Source of the DNA: Catajapyx aquilonaris
Lineage: Eukaryota
DNA: 64,000 nt
Direction: 5' to 3'
NCBI GenBank assembly: GCA_000934665.2
Contig: KZ538116.1
Span: 1-64,000, forward strand
Positions 39,088 through 52,373 of this stretch are shown here, one piece after another. The number at the start of each line of letters is the position of its first letter. Within the stretch, counting starts at the first letter, position 1. The notes under the pieces are model-generated. The model had not been told where the DNA came from. It did no database searches and worked only from the letters and a program-made list of their open reading frames with translations. Position numbers and translations under genes: made by a program.

Positions 39088-40231
39088 ATGGGCATGCTTC
39101 GGGCTTGCCTGGTGGCGTGCTGTGTGATCCTAAGTCCATCCTGTGCCAGCATATTCGACTCTTTTGACGAGGGATTTGGACAGAAAGTGTCGGATGCCTT
39201 GAACTACTGGGGTGACAATTTCAACTTCATCAACATCTCCAATCCATTCATCCGCTTAACCACAGTGACCTCAACAATGCGGAAGACTGTCACTTTGACC
39301 CACACTATCCTGCCCACCTGCATGACGTCTGATGCAGGTCTCAGCACGTGTCGCAGGCGGAGGGGAGCTTCCGAGATGCCAGAAGTTTTGACTGTCCAGC
39401 CAACAAGGACACAACAGTACGTGGCTCTAAATAATCCCACAGAAAAGGCAGGATGAAGCCGCATTTACATGTGAGCGATTTAGTCAGCGATGAGACCAAT
39501 TGTTTGGGGTGAAAATTGATTGTTACCATGATTGTTACTTTCGTACGACGTCGACATCACTGCAAAATTGCTGATCAAATCGTTCACATGTAGCTTAATG
39601 CATGATCTTCTAATAACACTGTCTAGATTTCGCAGTTACTGTAGTTACATGCCAGTCAAAGACTCATGTTCAAAACTGAGCAGCCTCCCAATCCACAACT
39701 AACATCAGATCTCCAGACATAGGGAGCGTAACCAAATGCATTGTACAAGTAATCTGTGATTCTCCCCTACATAAGGAGCCCTTTTGTAAGAATCACAAAA
39801 CTGCTTTGCACAATAACATTTATGGTTGCACCTGCAGCATTGACGTCACTGCCACACCACAGTTTCCTCACTTGACAACCCAAGTGGAAGACTCTGCGTC
39901 ATCTATTCTGGAACCCTCCCATGAAGAAGCTGCATTGGACCACCGGCCTGCTGCATCAGGTCGACTTGCCCTCCGCCTTCTCACCACCATAACCACCACA
40001 GTTCCTTACACCCGCACCGTGACCCGCCTCAGTCCGCACACCATAACCATAAGCATTGCTGGATGCCTCCCAACCCACCTCCCAATGTCAGCCTCTGCCT
40101 GTGACCAATCCTCTAAAGCCAGCGACACACGCCAACAACCGACCATCGCCATTCTTGGTCGGCCAGCCCCACCCATGCTTCCAACTGCTAATGGAGTTGC
40201 AGGAATAACTGCCACTGTTGTGTGGAACTGA
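39088..40231 (+). CDS. Uncharacterised secreted Thr/Ser-rich protein (2 exons)
   Basis: Signal-peptide-like start MGMLRACLVACCVILSPSCAS. Exons 39088-39416 and 39838-40231 join in frame (CA|C). Architecture: Thr-rich strand, C-x9-C-RRRR, linker, second Thr-rich strand, ISIAGCLP..C. Confidence 0.75.
39457..39594. mobile_element. Degenerate MITE, same family as 46458-46641
   Basis: Shares tttacatgtgag(c/t)gattt..tcagc and aattgttt..gtgaaaat..gttacttt with the 46458 element. Confidence 0.65.
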
Positions 40232-40413
40232 ATTTATTTACCGGGATCCTACTAAATAAGGAGAGTACCTTCCAAACACAAGGACTATGATGTAATGAAG
40301 TATAAACATTTCTCTACAAACACCTCTTATGAACTAAAGAACACGCACATAACTTAAAGACTGAACATCTGGTCATACTTTTTTATCCCATAATTCCATT
40401 TGTGATGTACTCC

Positions 40414-43400
40414 TCACTTGCGAAAATAGGCATTTGTGGCTGGATATTTCTCTGGGTCAAAGTCTGCGTCATGGTGCAGTCGGTCATTCACTGTAGTCCG
40501 GAGCTGGTCCCGAAAAGCAGCTCGAATACCTGCATCCTCGCCTGCTGCTCTTGCAACTGCCTCTGCTCCCCCGGGGTTGCCAGGCGACTGCTCTGGGCGA
40601 GCTGTGCGGACTGAACGTATCAGCGTCTCTGAGGAAAGATTAACCCAGATGAGATTTATTCCATTAGCATTCTACAGGTTGGTGAACAGTCCACAGTCAC
40701 ATTCACATTATGTGATGTCTTTTGTTTCTCTTTAAACTGGTTGCATAAATAAACAATCCATGTAGGGGAGATGAAGTGGCGTCGCGGATATGAAGCCCAC
40801 GGATATGAAGGTCCCGGGTTCAATCCCCACCCAGGGTTCCCACCTTTATCCGTGCAGAGTAGGGCCATCTCTGGCTTCATTTCGGGTGGAAATTTCCTGA
40901 AGACTAATCCACCCGGGGGTGTTCACAAAATGACCACTCAACGGCAGCGCACACGAACTTTGCACATCCCCTCCCACCTACCCTTGGAGTAAACTAATAA
41001 GATCCTTCTTAACACGCTCCAACAAATCCCGATGGTGGTAATCCACCCCCCTACAGACCCAACAGGTAACCACGGGGTAATCCAAAAAAATAAAAAAATA
41101 AAAAATTAACAATCCATAGCAAGTTACCATCAACCTCTCCGACTGCAGGGAGAGCCCCACCCAGTATCAAAAAGGCACAGATCGTTACAAAATATCAACT
41201 TCAAGTTCAACCACATATCAGATTGAGATAAAGCTGCCAAATATTACATCTCGTTTAACATCCTCCACAAGCTGGGCAAACTAACTTGTGTGGCCATTAC
41301 TTCTATTGAAAATTACCACCAATATTATTCATAAATCAATTTTTTAAATGTTTTTGGACATTTCGGCTGCATTAAAAATCAACAGATGGGGAAGCTTAGC
41401 CATAAATCAGCAGCAAGGGCCATACACTTGACCTGAATATTTTCCAAAGTGCCATATTACTGTACTCACCAGATATGATCTGCCCAAGCGATCCGTTGAC
41501 TCTCCGAGAGGTAACCAACTTACGCCTCTTGGAAGGCATGGTGGAGAGATAGGCATCTGAAAATGGAGCCTGAGCTGTGGCCTGGCGTCTCTGACGCTGC
41601 ACATCCTGAGCTATGATGGGCACCCATTCCTAAGGAGAAGGGTCAACACTCAATATAATGACCCAATGAACAACAAAGTGTGTATGGAAACTGACCGCAG
41701 GAACATCCGAGTGCCAGGCTTCTGAGCCAATGGCAACATCTGGTAACGATTCGACTTCACGGATAACTTCCTCTTCTGGAGGGGGTGATGATCCTGGAGT
41801 AGCATCTGAAGATTGGTCAGGTGACTCAGGTGACTCAGAACTAGGCTCGTGCTCACATACATCCATCGGCTGAAGAAAAACAATAACTTCACGTGTTGGT
41901 CACACCTTCTTGCTACTTAACAATAAGTCTACCCCCATTAGGAAAATGACATCCAGAAATGTCTTGCAAAAGGGCTACTACATTGCAAGAAGCTCACCTC
42001 TTCTTCTTCCTCTTCCTCCTCCTCCTCTTCCACCTCCTGTGCCTCCCCTGCTGGAGACACCCTAACAATGAACCTCCTTAGCGCCTCCTCCTCCTGCTGA
42101 TTTGATTGTGATCTATCACCAGTGGTCTGCAAGAGGCTGCGTAAGTAGGCTAGTGACACATTGACTGACCACTGTTGTATCAAAGGGTTGACCCCATCAG
42201 TCATATATCGGACACAGGCCCCCAGCACAGCTTCAGTGCTCCTCTCTCCGTCAGAAAAGCACAGAGAACTCAAGATCATCGAGCGAGAGAGGACAGCACG
42301 AAGGGCTTGCATGACGTCTGAACCAAACTCCGAAGGATTGCCATCTTGCGAAGTGGACAGGCTCAGAAGATGAGCAACTTCTTCACGTAAAAAGGAGCTC
42401 ATGGTTGACACATAGTCAACACCTTCATGCACATTAGCAGCACGCTGAAAATTTTAAAAATGGAATCATGACATTTCAACACTCTCAATCATGGTGTGTC
42501 ACATATTTTAGTAAGTTAATAAACATCACACTTACAGCAGCATGCTGCAGCAAATCGTTGGCTTCATCAATCAGCCTCCTCGCCACGTCCTCCGCCACTG
42601 CTGGGTCCCTCCCTGGGTCCCGCCCACCACAGAGCCTCTCCCTCACAAGCTGTCCCAGTGGCTCTCGTAGGTGGTTGAGGGACTCGTATCTACCCATCAT
42701 TATCCCCACCACATGCTGGAAGGTCAGATGTCGTGCCATCTGCATAACCACATCGGCAACTGCAGATTCTGATGCTGCTGCATCACTGTTAGGGGTGTTT
42801 AACTCTGGCACGAGGTGAAACATGTCGGCCAGGGTGGTTGTCTGGCTCTGCTGCTGGCCAGTCATGGCACCTACCACCTGACCTATGACAGACTGGACGA
42901 CCTGGGCAAAAACCTGCTCCATCGGGGGCTCACCAGCACTCTCACCCCTCTCCGGCTGAAATGTCAAGAATTCTAGTTGAAGAAAACCTTCCCATCATCA
43001 ATTACACCCACTACATGGACCATTGGAATGGGAGAAATGTAACTCAAAAAACTTCTACACTGATTAACATACGTCACTAAAAATATTGCAAATTTTAAGA
43101 TAAAATATGTAAGAATAATATGTGTTCAACAACTCTCCCGATTCATTACTTGTTATTTGCATTGGATGCATAATAAACAGTGCAAGAAACAGTTTTTTTC
43201 AAACAGAATATTTAAAACATTCAGAGTTCACAAAAATTTTCAAAGGTACCTGATGCAACATGCATTCACACCTTCATGAAAAGTTACAAAAACTGACTTA
43301 CAAGAGTTTGAAGGACGGCTTTCCAATTACCTGTGGTCTTTGCTGCTGCTGTGCATCCAGCTGTGCCATGAGCTGCAACAGAGACGTACCAATGGGTGGA

Positions 43401-46400
43401 GGTGGGTGGGCACCAGGAGCTGCCGGAGCTGGCCCTCCCGGAGGAGCTGTGGCCTGTCCAGCTGGCCTTGCCTGCTGTTCGGCCCTGGGATGACCTCGAC
43501 CAACACCAATCCTCACTCCAGTTCCCCCCTCCATTGGTCTACCAGAGGCAGTTGCATTCAGAAATGCATTCAACAAGCTGACAAATGGATTTGCATCCCC
43601 AGCTTGTACACCCCCCTGGCTTGCTTCTCCCCGTGCGCCACGTCTTATGATGTGGTGTGAATTGCACGGCAGGAAGACGTCAAACCCATTTCCTCCTCCT
43701 CCCATGCTTGGTGCTATCTGGACCTAAGGAATATAGTAATAAATCCCAAAAATAGATTGTTGGATGCACAAGACTTGATAAAGTTATATAGTTCCACATT
43801 GACAGCAAACCAGACCTGAGGGCGAGAAGTTGAACGTGTCTGGGTTGATGTGGTTGGGTTGGTTGCAGTGTTTCCACGGGCCTGGGAGTTCTGGACTCCA
43901 GGTGGTGGGCCACCACCAGGGCCTCCTGATGACGATGTGGGTGATGATGTAGTGGATGGTGAAGTGGTGAATCCTGCAATGTTTCCAACCCTGGCACCTA
44001 TCTGTCCAGCTACAGCCTGCACAAGGTTGTGAACAAACTCAGGTGGAGGGGACACCCAGGAGAAGTTGCCAGGAACTCCTGCACACAGAAAACCAATATT
44101 GAAATTTCAGGGTATCTTATAGTTTGAATATTCATCTGAAATATCATTGCAATTGCATTAGAGATTCATGCTTTTGAGTGCAATCTTTGCAAATAAAAAC
44201 ATACATGTCACAGCTCAATAACAGTACTGCGAAGTCTACCTTGGCCATCTCCACTTTGCCCTCCATTCCCATTATCTGACATGACTGCAGCTGAAAGTGA
44301 GTCCAGCGTAATTGACCCTGGTCCAACCTCCATAAAGACAACTGGATTTCCCCCAGAGATGCTGAACCCTGGAGGGAGTCCCTGCATTGGTGGGGCATCA
44401 CTTGTTGGCTGTGCAGACTGTGCAGTTGATGATGACTGCTGCCCTTGTCCTTGCCCCTGTGCCTGACCTTGACCCTGTGCCTGCCCTTGACCTTGGGTTG
44501 GACTTGATGCTTGGCTTCCATTTCCAGCGGTGGCAGTCACATTGATTTGAGCCTACACAATGAAGAAGCATTTGTGAATTCAAGGTCAGGAGCATGCAGC
44601 ATTACCATCCAACTTCCATCAGATGCTCAGTTCCCCTTAGAATTGAAATGCCATCTCTAGAATTTTGCACTGTTATGAGAGGTGTTGCTAATGACAATTG
44701 AAAATGTAAAATATTGTTATTAAATCTCCCCTTCCAGCTAACATCACCTGGTACATATTTTCAAATTAATGACAGAGCTCTTCCCTCCCCCCTCCTCATA
44801 TTAACCATTTGACGGCTAAGTACATATCATAATCATCATGATGTCCTGAGCTTTTTTTAATTAGGCACGCTAGGATGTGGATGTGCATCAAGAATTCGAA
44901 CCTTGTGGTTCCAAATGTGGTTCAATATGCCCCTGCTATGTCTTGGATGGTGACTCAACTACCATTGCACTCCCAGAATCCCCCCTTCTGCTGCAAAGTT
45001 GAGTCGTATATGCCAAGGTCGTTTATGTAAACATGTGCTCTCAGTAGGCTGCAGGGTGTCCCGTAAAGCCTGTACCCATTTATTCGTTACCCGCTATTCA
45101 TTAATATCACTCCTACATCGAATTTTGGACAAGAAAGGATAAAAAACAGTCCAAAAACCTGCCAAAAACTCAGCCGTCAAAGAGTTAACAAAACCTTTCA
45201 AGTCTTTCATAAGCACTATAGAGAGATGTTCTGTCTGTGTATTTGAGTGTGGCATGGATGTGACAGCATACAACCTATGCATCTGTACGAACCTGGTGAT
45301 AAACTGCACACTAAATCTCTGGACGTCAATAAATAAAACATTCGAGATCTGCTCTGAGAAAGCAAGACCTGAATGGGTATCCCTGCCTGCAGGATGGTGG
45401 AATGCTCAATGACAAAAGGATGTGCCCTCAGATCTCTAGGAGGGGGCTGGCTCATATGGCACACAACATCACTCATGGCATGGTAGGCATGGGAGAGGAG
45501 GTGGAGGACTTCAGACACTGCGTTGAAGTTGCACTGTGCCAGGCGCTGATCCTCCTGTAGCAGAAGAGCACATACATTGTTAGCTAGAATTTTATCAAAA
45601 CCCATTATCACCACATCCTCAGAACAAAACTACCCAATAAATCTAAAGGAAATTATGTCCGACCCTAACACCATTGCGTATTATTTTCTATAAGCAAGCA
45701 TCTCCTGGATTTAGAGCATTCAAATAATTCTTGACCTCCCAGAATATAAGAAAATAGTACATTTCTCCCCATAAAAATTAAGAGTGCAAAAACATACATT
45801 GTTGGCAAATGTGGGGTCATCCCTCATGAGATGATGAAAAATTGACAAGTGTGGCTGCAGACGCTCATTGAGGCGGGATACATCATCCAGCACCTGGGAC
45901 ATCAGGATGGTCCGAGGCTGCCTACATTTAAAATAAAATAAAAAGAATTAGGGTGAAAAAACTTAATCTCTTCAATGCCATCTTAGCAGAAAAATAATTC
46001 AAGACAATCTGCAAATTGTGGAATATTGTTGGCAACCTTTTTGTCCCACGCAAACTTCGAAGGGAGTTCAACAAATATTTGTGCCTCTCAATACTGCCAC
46101 ACCTATACAGATCCAGAAATATTTCGCCAGGCAAAGGACAAGTCCATGAAACCTCAAAATATTACTGCCTACTCACTCCACATTTCCATTTCCATTTCCA
46201 TTTGCCGCATTTCCATTGCTCCCATTGGCTGCATCCGCTCCATTGGCACCCCTCTCGTTCCTCCTTTCTCCCTGAGCAGTATTGCTAGTGGTTTGTGCTG
46301 CACCCTGCTGCCCAGCTTGTTCAGAGCGATTCTCAGGAGGTGCAGCACTACCTCCAGCTTCAAATATATATGAAATTCAATATTAATCAACAGTTACAGA

Positions 46401-49400
46401 AGACCTAGTACATGTTGTTACAGCTGTTTTCAATGAAATATAAAACCAACTGATTCAGGCCACGTTTACATGTGAGTGATTTCATCAGCAATGTGCAGGG
46501 ATGAGCATCACTTAACAATGAAATCAATTGTTTGGGAGTGAAAATCTGTTGTTACTTTCACTTCCAAACAATTGGTTTCATCGCTCAGCGATGCTCATCA
46601 CTGCACATTGCTGGTGAAATCGCTCACATGTAAACACAGCCTCATGCTGGCTAAAAGTGTAGTGAGTGTAGTTTTACCAGAACTGGCTAAAAGTGCAGTT
46701 TCAACAATGTAATAATATGAAATTGCTAATGGAGTGACAAAACCTTAACATTGAGCCAGGCATTAAGTTAGACATTATCAATAGTCACCCTGACCAATAA
46801 TGTAGACTGAGGATACTAACCTCCTCCTGCTGGGCCAGGCCCTATCCTGACATTGACCTGCTGCCCAGTCCCTCCTTGTCCTGGCTGTCCTTGCACAATG
46901 GTGATGTATGGTACACCAGCCACCCTGGCAGCAGACATGGCTGCTGCTATGGCTGCGGCAGTGGCTGCCTGGGCTGTCTGCACAAGTGCAGGAATCGGTG
47001 CTGCAGGAGCAGGTGCGGGAGGCGCAGAAGGACGTGGGGGTTGCTCCATCTCTTCACCAGATGTAGCAGCCTCATTTTGAGTCTCACTAAGGGAAAACAT
47101 ACAAGAAACTTATTAGCCTGTGCAACCCATACTCCTTTTTTATTACGCTGCATTAAGGAAAACACAGACAATTTATATAAAAACCAGGTAGTTCTAAAAA
47201 ACCAGTCTCGAGTGGTATTTCCACAGACTAAACCACCCGGGGGAGTTCACTAAAAATGGCCACAGCGTCAGATGCACTGCACCTTGCACATCCCCTCCTG
47301 TCATCCTGCCCGTGGGCCCGGGCACTTCAAATAATTGGCTCCATGTATACATAATGGTTCAATAAAGGTTCCGTGTGATATACCCCCACCGGGGGTGAAA
47401 GCACTTACCCAGGATTATTATTATTATTATTATTATTATATAGAAACCAGTAGAAACAATTCCAGTTGAATTAATAGCTAATGGTAAAACATAACCGGAA
47501 CAGTACAAAAGTTGACCCTGACCTCTTATATATAAAAATTTACCTTCTAGCTCGTGCTTCTTCATTCTGTGAGGTAGCACTAGCACCATTGTTGGTAGCA
47601 CTAGCACCATCATCGGTAGCACTAGCACCATTGTTGGTGGCACTGGAACCATTGCTTGTATCCCCTTCACCATCACTACCATTGGCACCCCTGCTGGCCT
47701 GCTCCTCAAGCCGATCCAGCACCTCATTAGCTCTCTGCACCATTTGCCGAGCTGTGTTCAGCCGCACCTGGGAGCTGCTCCGCCCGGCTGTAGAATAAAT
47801 CACTCTCCCTAAGAGAGCAAGGCACACCTTTCTAGTACACTTCAACATGCATTTTTGGAAGAAAGTAAGCAGAAAACAAAAATGCCCGCATGAAAATAAA
47901 CTCTTTGTGGAAAGGACTGAACTTAGTAAAACTATGCTGGATTGTGGTTGTTATCAATTGTGGGTTAGCCGTCATCACAATTAATATCAATTGCAATCTG
48001 GTGATATTTGTTTTACTGAGTTCAGTTCTGCCACCTTTAAGGCCTATTCTCATATCCAAAGAAACTGACTTCTTGTCCATTTTCATGCCCTTGAGCCCCT
48101 GGTAACAAATGTGGAGACAGGAGGCATCATCTATATGCATCCCAGAGACATGAGTTTGTCTTTCACACCTACATTTTTTTATATACTACAATTAACAGGC
48201 ATGAGAATGTAAGATAAGTCCACTCCCCATGGATATGAGAATGCATCATAATGGCTCACTTCTCATCAACTAAAACTCAGTTCCCTCTAATTTCAAGACA
48301 AGAAGTAGATAATAGCCACACAAGCTTTTCCAAAAACCTCTTTACAAGAAGCAATGCCACGACAAACTGAACAACATAGCCACTTGCATTAACGCAACTG
48401 TGTTGAATGCCGCAAAGTTGATTACGCTACTCATACTGAACATATTTTATCTTCATTTCTAGAGAGTTGACTATCAGTCAGCATCCTTGAAGTGCAACGT
48501 CACATTTCAGTAGAAAGGAACAGATCCCTTGAAGAAGTCTGAGCGAAGTTAGAAATTTTTGCTAAGTGAATATAGGCTGTGCCCAGCTTTGCCCATAGCG
48601 TGAACTTTCGAAATTCGTGATCAAAAACATTCCTTGCTTTTCAACACTTGTAATGTTACAGCACCTTGTCCTTCAATTCCTTCAGGTGCTGGGAAAGCCA
48701 AGGTCCCCAGGTACATAGCACTGGCATCCATGGGGCCACCACGAACAGTGTGGTGGTGATGGTGGTGATGATGGTGGTGCCCCGATCTTCCACTTCCATG
48801 TCCGGGCTGTTGTGGCTGCGGAGGAGCCCTCTGGACCAAATGGATGACTTTTCCATTTACATCTGTAAAAAAGTACAGGTGAATTGGTAGTAAAACAATA
48901 CCACTGCAGAACAACCTCACACAAAAAGTAAACAATTCCAGTTAAGATACTGCTGGCCCAACATGTATGTAAGCTGACTCTCCTGCCAGGCATGATTGTA
49001 GAGGATGTTTGGCATGGGGTTCAGAGAATGCATATGATACCCAGCACACCCACTTCGAACTCCATGACCCCCTTACCCATCATTCCCTACAATCAAGCCT
49101 GGCAGGAGGCATGTCAGTCCATTTGCATGTTGGCCTAGCTGTAACTCTTATTGATATTCTTCTCACCATATTCATTGAGTTTCTTGTCATCCTGAAGAAC
49201 TCGTCCACAGTATATCAGTCTCTGCTTGTCTGCTGGGATGCTAACAGATGATGCAATCTTCTCTTTGAATTCCTTTACAGTAATCTGTAAGAACACACAT
49301 GTGGTTAACAAGGAGGCAGCAAAAGTTCTCAATTTATTCTGCAGTTAAGAATCATTCAATGACAACATTTCTGAAGCAGAATACGTATTAAAGGAGAGTT

Positions 49401-49947
49401 ACGATTGACATTTGCCAACTTGAAGACAGACAAAAGGTGTGTTTCTAGTCTAAGAGGTTGGAACAACTGCACATAAATATGTCACATTTCTCAAACAGTA
49501 GTTTACACTCCTATTTTGAATAACTTTTACAGGAGTTTAAACTCCCACCCTGTTACTTCTCATTTATAACATTCCAAACTAGTGCCTGAATGTGGACAGG
49601 TACAATCCTTTAAGCGAAAGAATGATCTGACTTCGTATCAGCCATATTTTCTGAGTATGCGCAGTAGTATGCTTGCAAAGAAATTTGGGGACATGAGAGG
49701 AGGGGAAAAGGCAAGGCTGAAAGTGATGTCAGATTGTTCTTTGTTTTAACAGATTTTACCTTCAAAATCCATGTCACTTGATTTCTGCTACACTCACTTA
49801 TGTAAAAACCCAGTTATGAACTCTACAAACATGATGAAAGTGTATTGCCAAAGGTGGCTACACCACATTAAAAAAAATACTTACATCATCCGGGACGGAG
49901 TAAGCGTGGTTCTGGGAATCAAGAGTCTTTACTGTTACGTCAATCAT
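40414..49947 (-). CDS. BAG6: Large proline-rich protein BAG6 (BAT3/Scythe), about 16 coding exons
   Basis: N-terminal UBL ([13 protein letters not shown]..|[54 protein letters not shown]), [57 protein letters not shown] and terminal [24 protein letters not shown] exon chain traced from 49947-49885 to 40628-40414. Confidence 0.94.
40765..40976 (+). mobile_element. tRNA-derived SINE-like repeat, 5' portion
   Basis: Pol III B-box-like ggttcaatccc at about 40817-40827, followed by core agactaatccacccggggg..ttgcacatcccctcc that recurs at 47225-47298. Confidence 0.55.
46458..46641. mobile_element. PIF/Harbinger-type MITE in a BAG6 intron
   Basis: Long inverted arms (gtttacatgtgagtgatttcatcagcaatgtgcag / ctgcacattgctggtgaaatcgctcacatgtaaac), GGC..GCC ends and TCA direct repeat on both sides. 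Confidence 0.8.
47210..47439 (+). mobile_element. 5'-truncated copy of the same SINE-like repeat with (ATT)n tail
   Basis: Core shared with 40901-40975, ending in an (ATT)n tract at about 47414-47439. Confidence 0.55.
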
Positions 49948-50626
49948 TTTTAATCCGGTGTATCAGCCGATGATCATGTAACCCTGTAATTATACCACTT
50001 TTAGCCATCATCACACAGAAACTCCTATTACATTACAACCCAGAAGCTTTGGGGGAAAAAGCTTTTCTTTCTGAACAAAGTTTGATACATTCATGTAGTC
50101 ATTATTATGAAATGGTTCTGCTACACTATCATAAAATGCAGCTCAGATCCATGCAAGTGGTACAGGTATATTCATGTGAAGAAAGCAGTTACTTCAAGAG
50201 TGACTCAACAATTTCCATGATACATTTCTAGCATTTTATGACCCTCCCACCCTGGTTGTCCCACATCTCCCAAGTCTGTCCTGCACAAAACTGTACGTTT
50301 TTTTTGGAGATTACATCACATACTATTGTTGCGGACAGCTAGTGGGCATGAAGTCACCCACAACTGAATCCTCCCATCCCTATCCTCCCACATCATGCTA
50401 CGTCATGCTGGCTTCAACCTCCTCGGCTATACCTGTAGGCAGTTGAGATCCAGCCACCCCCCCCCCCCTCCCCCACATGCTACTTTAAAATTATATTTTT
50501 CTCTTGTGTTCGCTCCTTTATTTTATTATGTTACTTTATTTTATTTTTAAAAAATCTATTCCAGCTTATGGCCACTCCCGAGGCAATGTGGTGCTGCCTA
50601 TCGCCATGTGGCACTTCAAGGAGTTA

Positions 50627-51207
50627 CCGTATTACCTCTCATATTGTGCCATGCTGGTGTAGGCGAGATCGACCAGTTTTTAGAAATGCATGATCTGGTG
50701 GCTATACCGGCATGCCGGTATAAGGCGAGGTGTGCCGGTATAGAGCGAGGTTTTCACATAAGTTACATTATCCTTTCTGAACTTGACATTTGCCTGAAAA
50801 TCGAAATTCACGTAAAGGCTATCGAAAAGGCACCTTTTCCAAAAGGGTACCCGTACCATATATTGTTTTCAATCGCAGTGTTTGGCAATAATCTCTATTT
50901 AAACAGTATGTTAGAACAGGGGGTTCCCCTGCCAAAGCAGGCTGACGATGGGATTGGTCACACACTCTACATTTTTTAAATGCACTGTGCAACAGAACTG
51001 ACATATTCTCACAGCCTGTACACTCGCCCATTTTCATTGTAACATTATTTCAGTATGGTACCAGAAGCATTCCGAAAATGTTGGCAAGGATCAAAATTAC
51101 GGAAATCTACCTCGGTTATTATGGCATGCCAGCCACCCCCGGGTTATACCTGCATGCTGGTCGACCTCGTTTTATACCGGCATGCTGCAATATGAGAGGT
51201 AATACGG
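50627..51207. mobile_element. pogo/Tigger-like non-autonomous element
   Basis: TIRs ccgtattacctctcatattg / caatatgagaggtaatacgg with TA on both sides. Confidence 0.82.
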
Positions 51208-51692
51208 TATCTGTTTCCAAAGGTCACAGAAAACCACCATCAACACAAGCTTGATACAATAAAGAATTATTAAATTTAGTTCTACATAAGGCTTGTTGAA
51301 CCAGGCCAGTCACATTATGAAAAGCTTCGTGCCCGCTGTTACGTACAGCCTTGTGCAGGTAAAAGATTCTTCACGACGACCCTCCACCACACTCTCTCAA
51401 TCAGGACTCGCCAATCATTGGGCAATGGAGACCATATTGTGCTGCATAACTCACCACCTGCTTCCACTTCCCCCTCAGTTCAGGTAACGAGCATTCCTCC
51501 CACTCAATGCAAGGAAATCAAGCCCCAATGTTTCCCAGGCTCCCTTGCAAAACCATGTGAAAAGTTTCCCTCTTTGGCCTTGAAGGCAAGAGAGGGGATA
51601 GGGGGCAGTGTGGAATGTGTGCTGCTTGCACATAATATATTGGAAGCTGCTTCCCTCGCCTTCCTTTTTCTCTCTCTCACCTGCGTGGGTGT

Positions 51693-51727
<35 letters not shown>

Positions 51728-52373
51728 ATCTGCGCTTGGCCCGCACTACGCGTACACGCTCTTCATTATCCGGCGAATGGACCCCCGCAAATGGCAAAGA
51801 AGGGCAGTGGAACTTGGAAAATGGAGAGTGTAAAAAAAGAGGTTAAAATCACAGGAAAGCCTGTTCGATTGGAAACACTGACGTCGTCGAATGTTGGATG
51901 TGGGGGCCGAATGAAGCGGAACAGCTAAGCGTGCTGGCTTCTTGTTGTGAACAAAATAATAATAAAAAAGGTAGCGGCTGTTTCCACCACTAGCTATTTA
52001 TTAGTTCCGGATATATATGGCAGCAGTGCTGCCAACCCACGTTCCCACCGCCATCTGTTTTCAGCACTTTCAGCACTCGAAAAAAAAAATCCATAGAAAC
52101 TAACTCGAAAGTGATTCCAGAGCTGATAAATCGAGTTCGATTGCGTATGTAGAACGTTTGGATCATTGTTGGTGGCAAAAATTATAAGTAGGCGTAGGAT
52201 CCTCGCTCTTGTTTACCGCATTTCCTGTTGGCACCGTTAGTTCCACCACCACTGCCAGTGGCCAGTCTAGTCCTGGACCTCGGTTGGATCGCAGCCCAGC
52301 GTCGGATCGAACACCGGTCGAAGGCCAACCCGCAGTACCCACGTAGCACACCCCCGGAAGGATCGAGAGAGCC

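Noticed and set aside
44870..44905. Minus-strand B-box-like GGTTCGAATTC
   Set aside because: No cloverleaf or A-box is evident, so no tRNA is called. It may be a SINE scrap.
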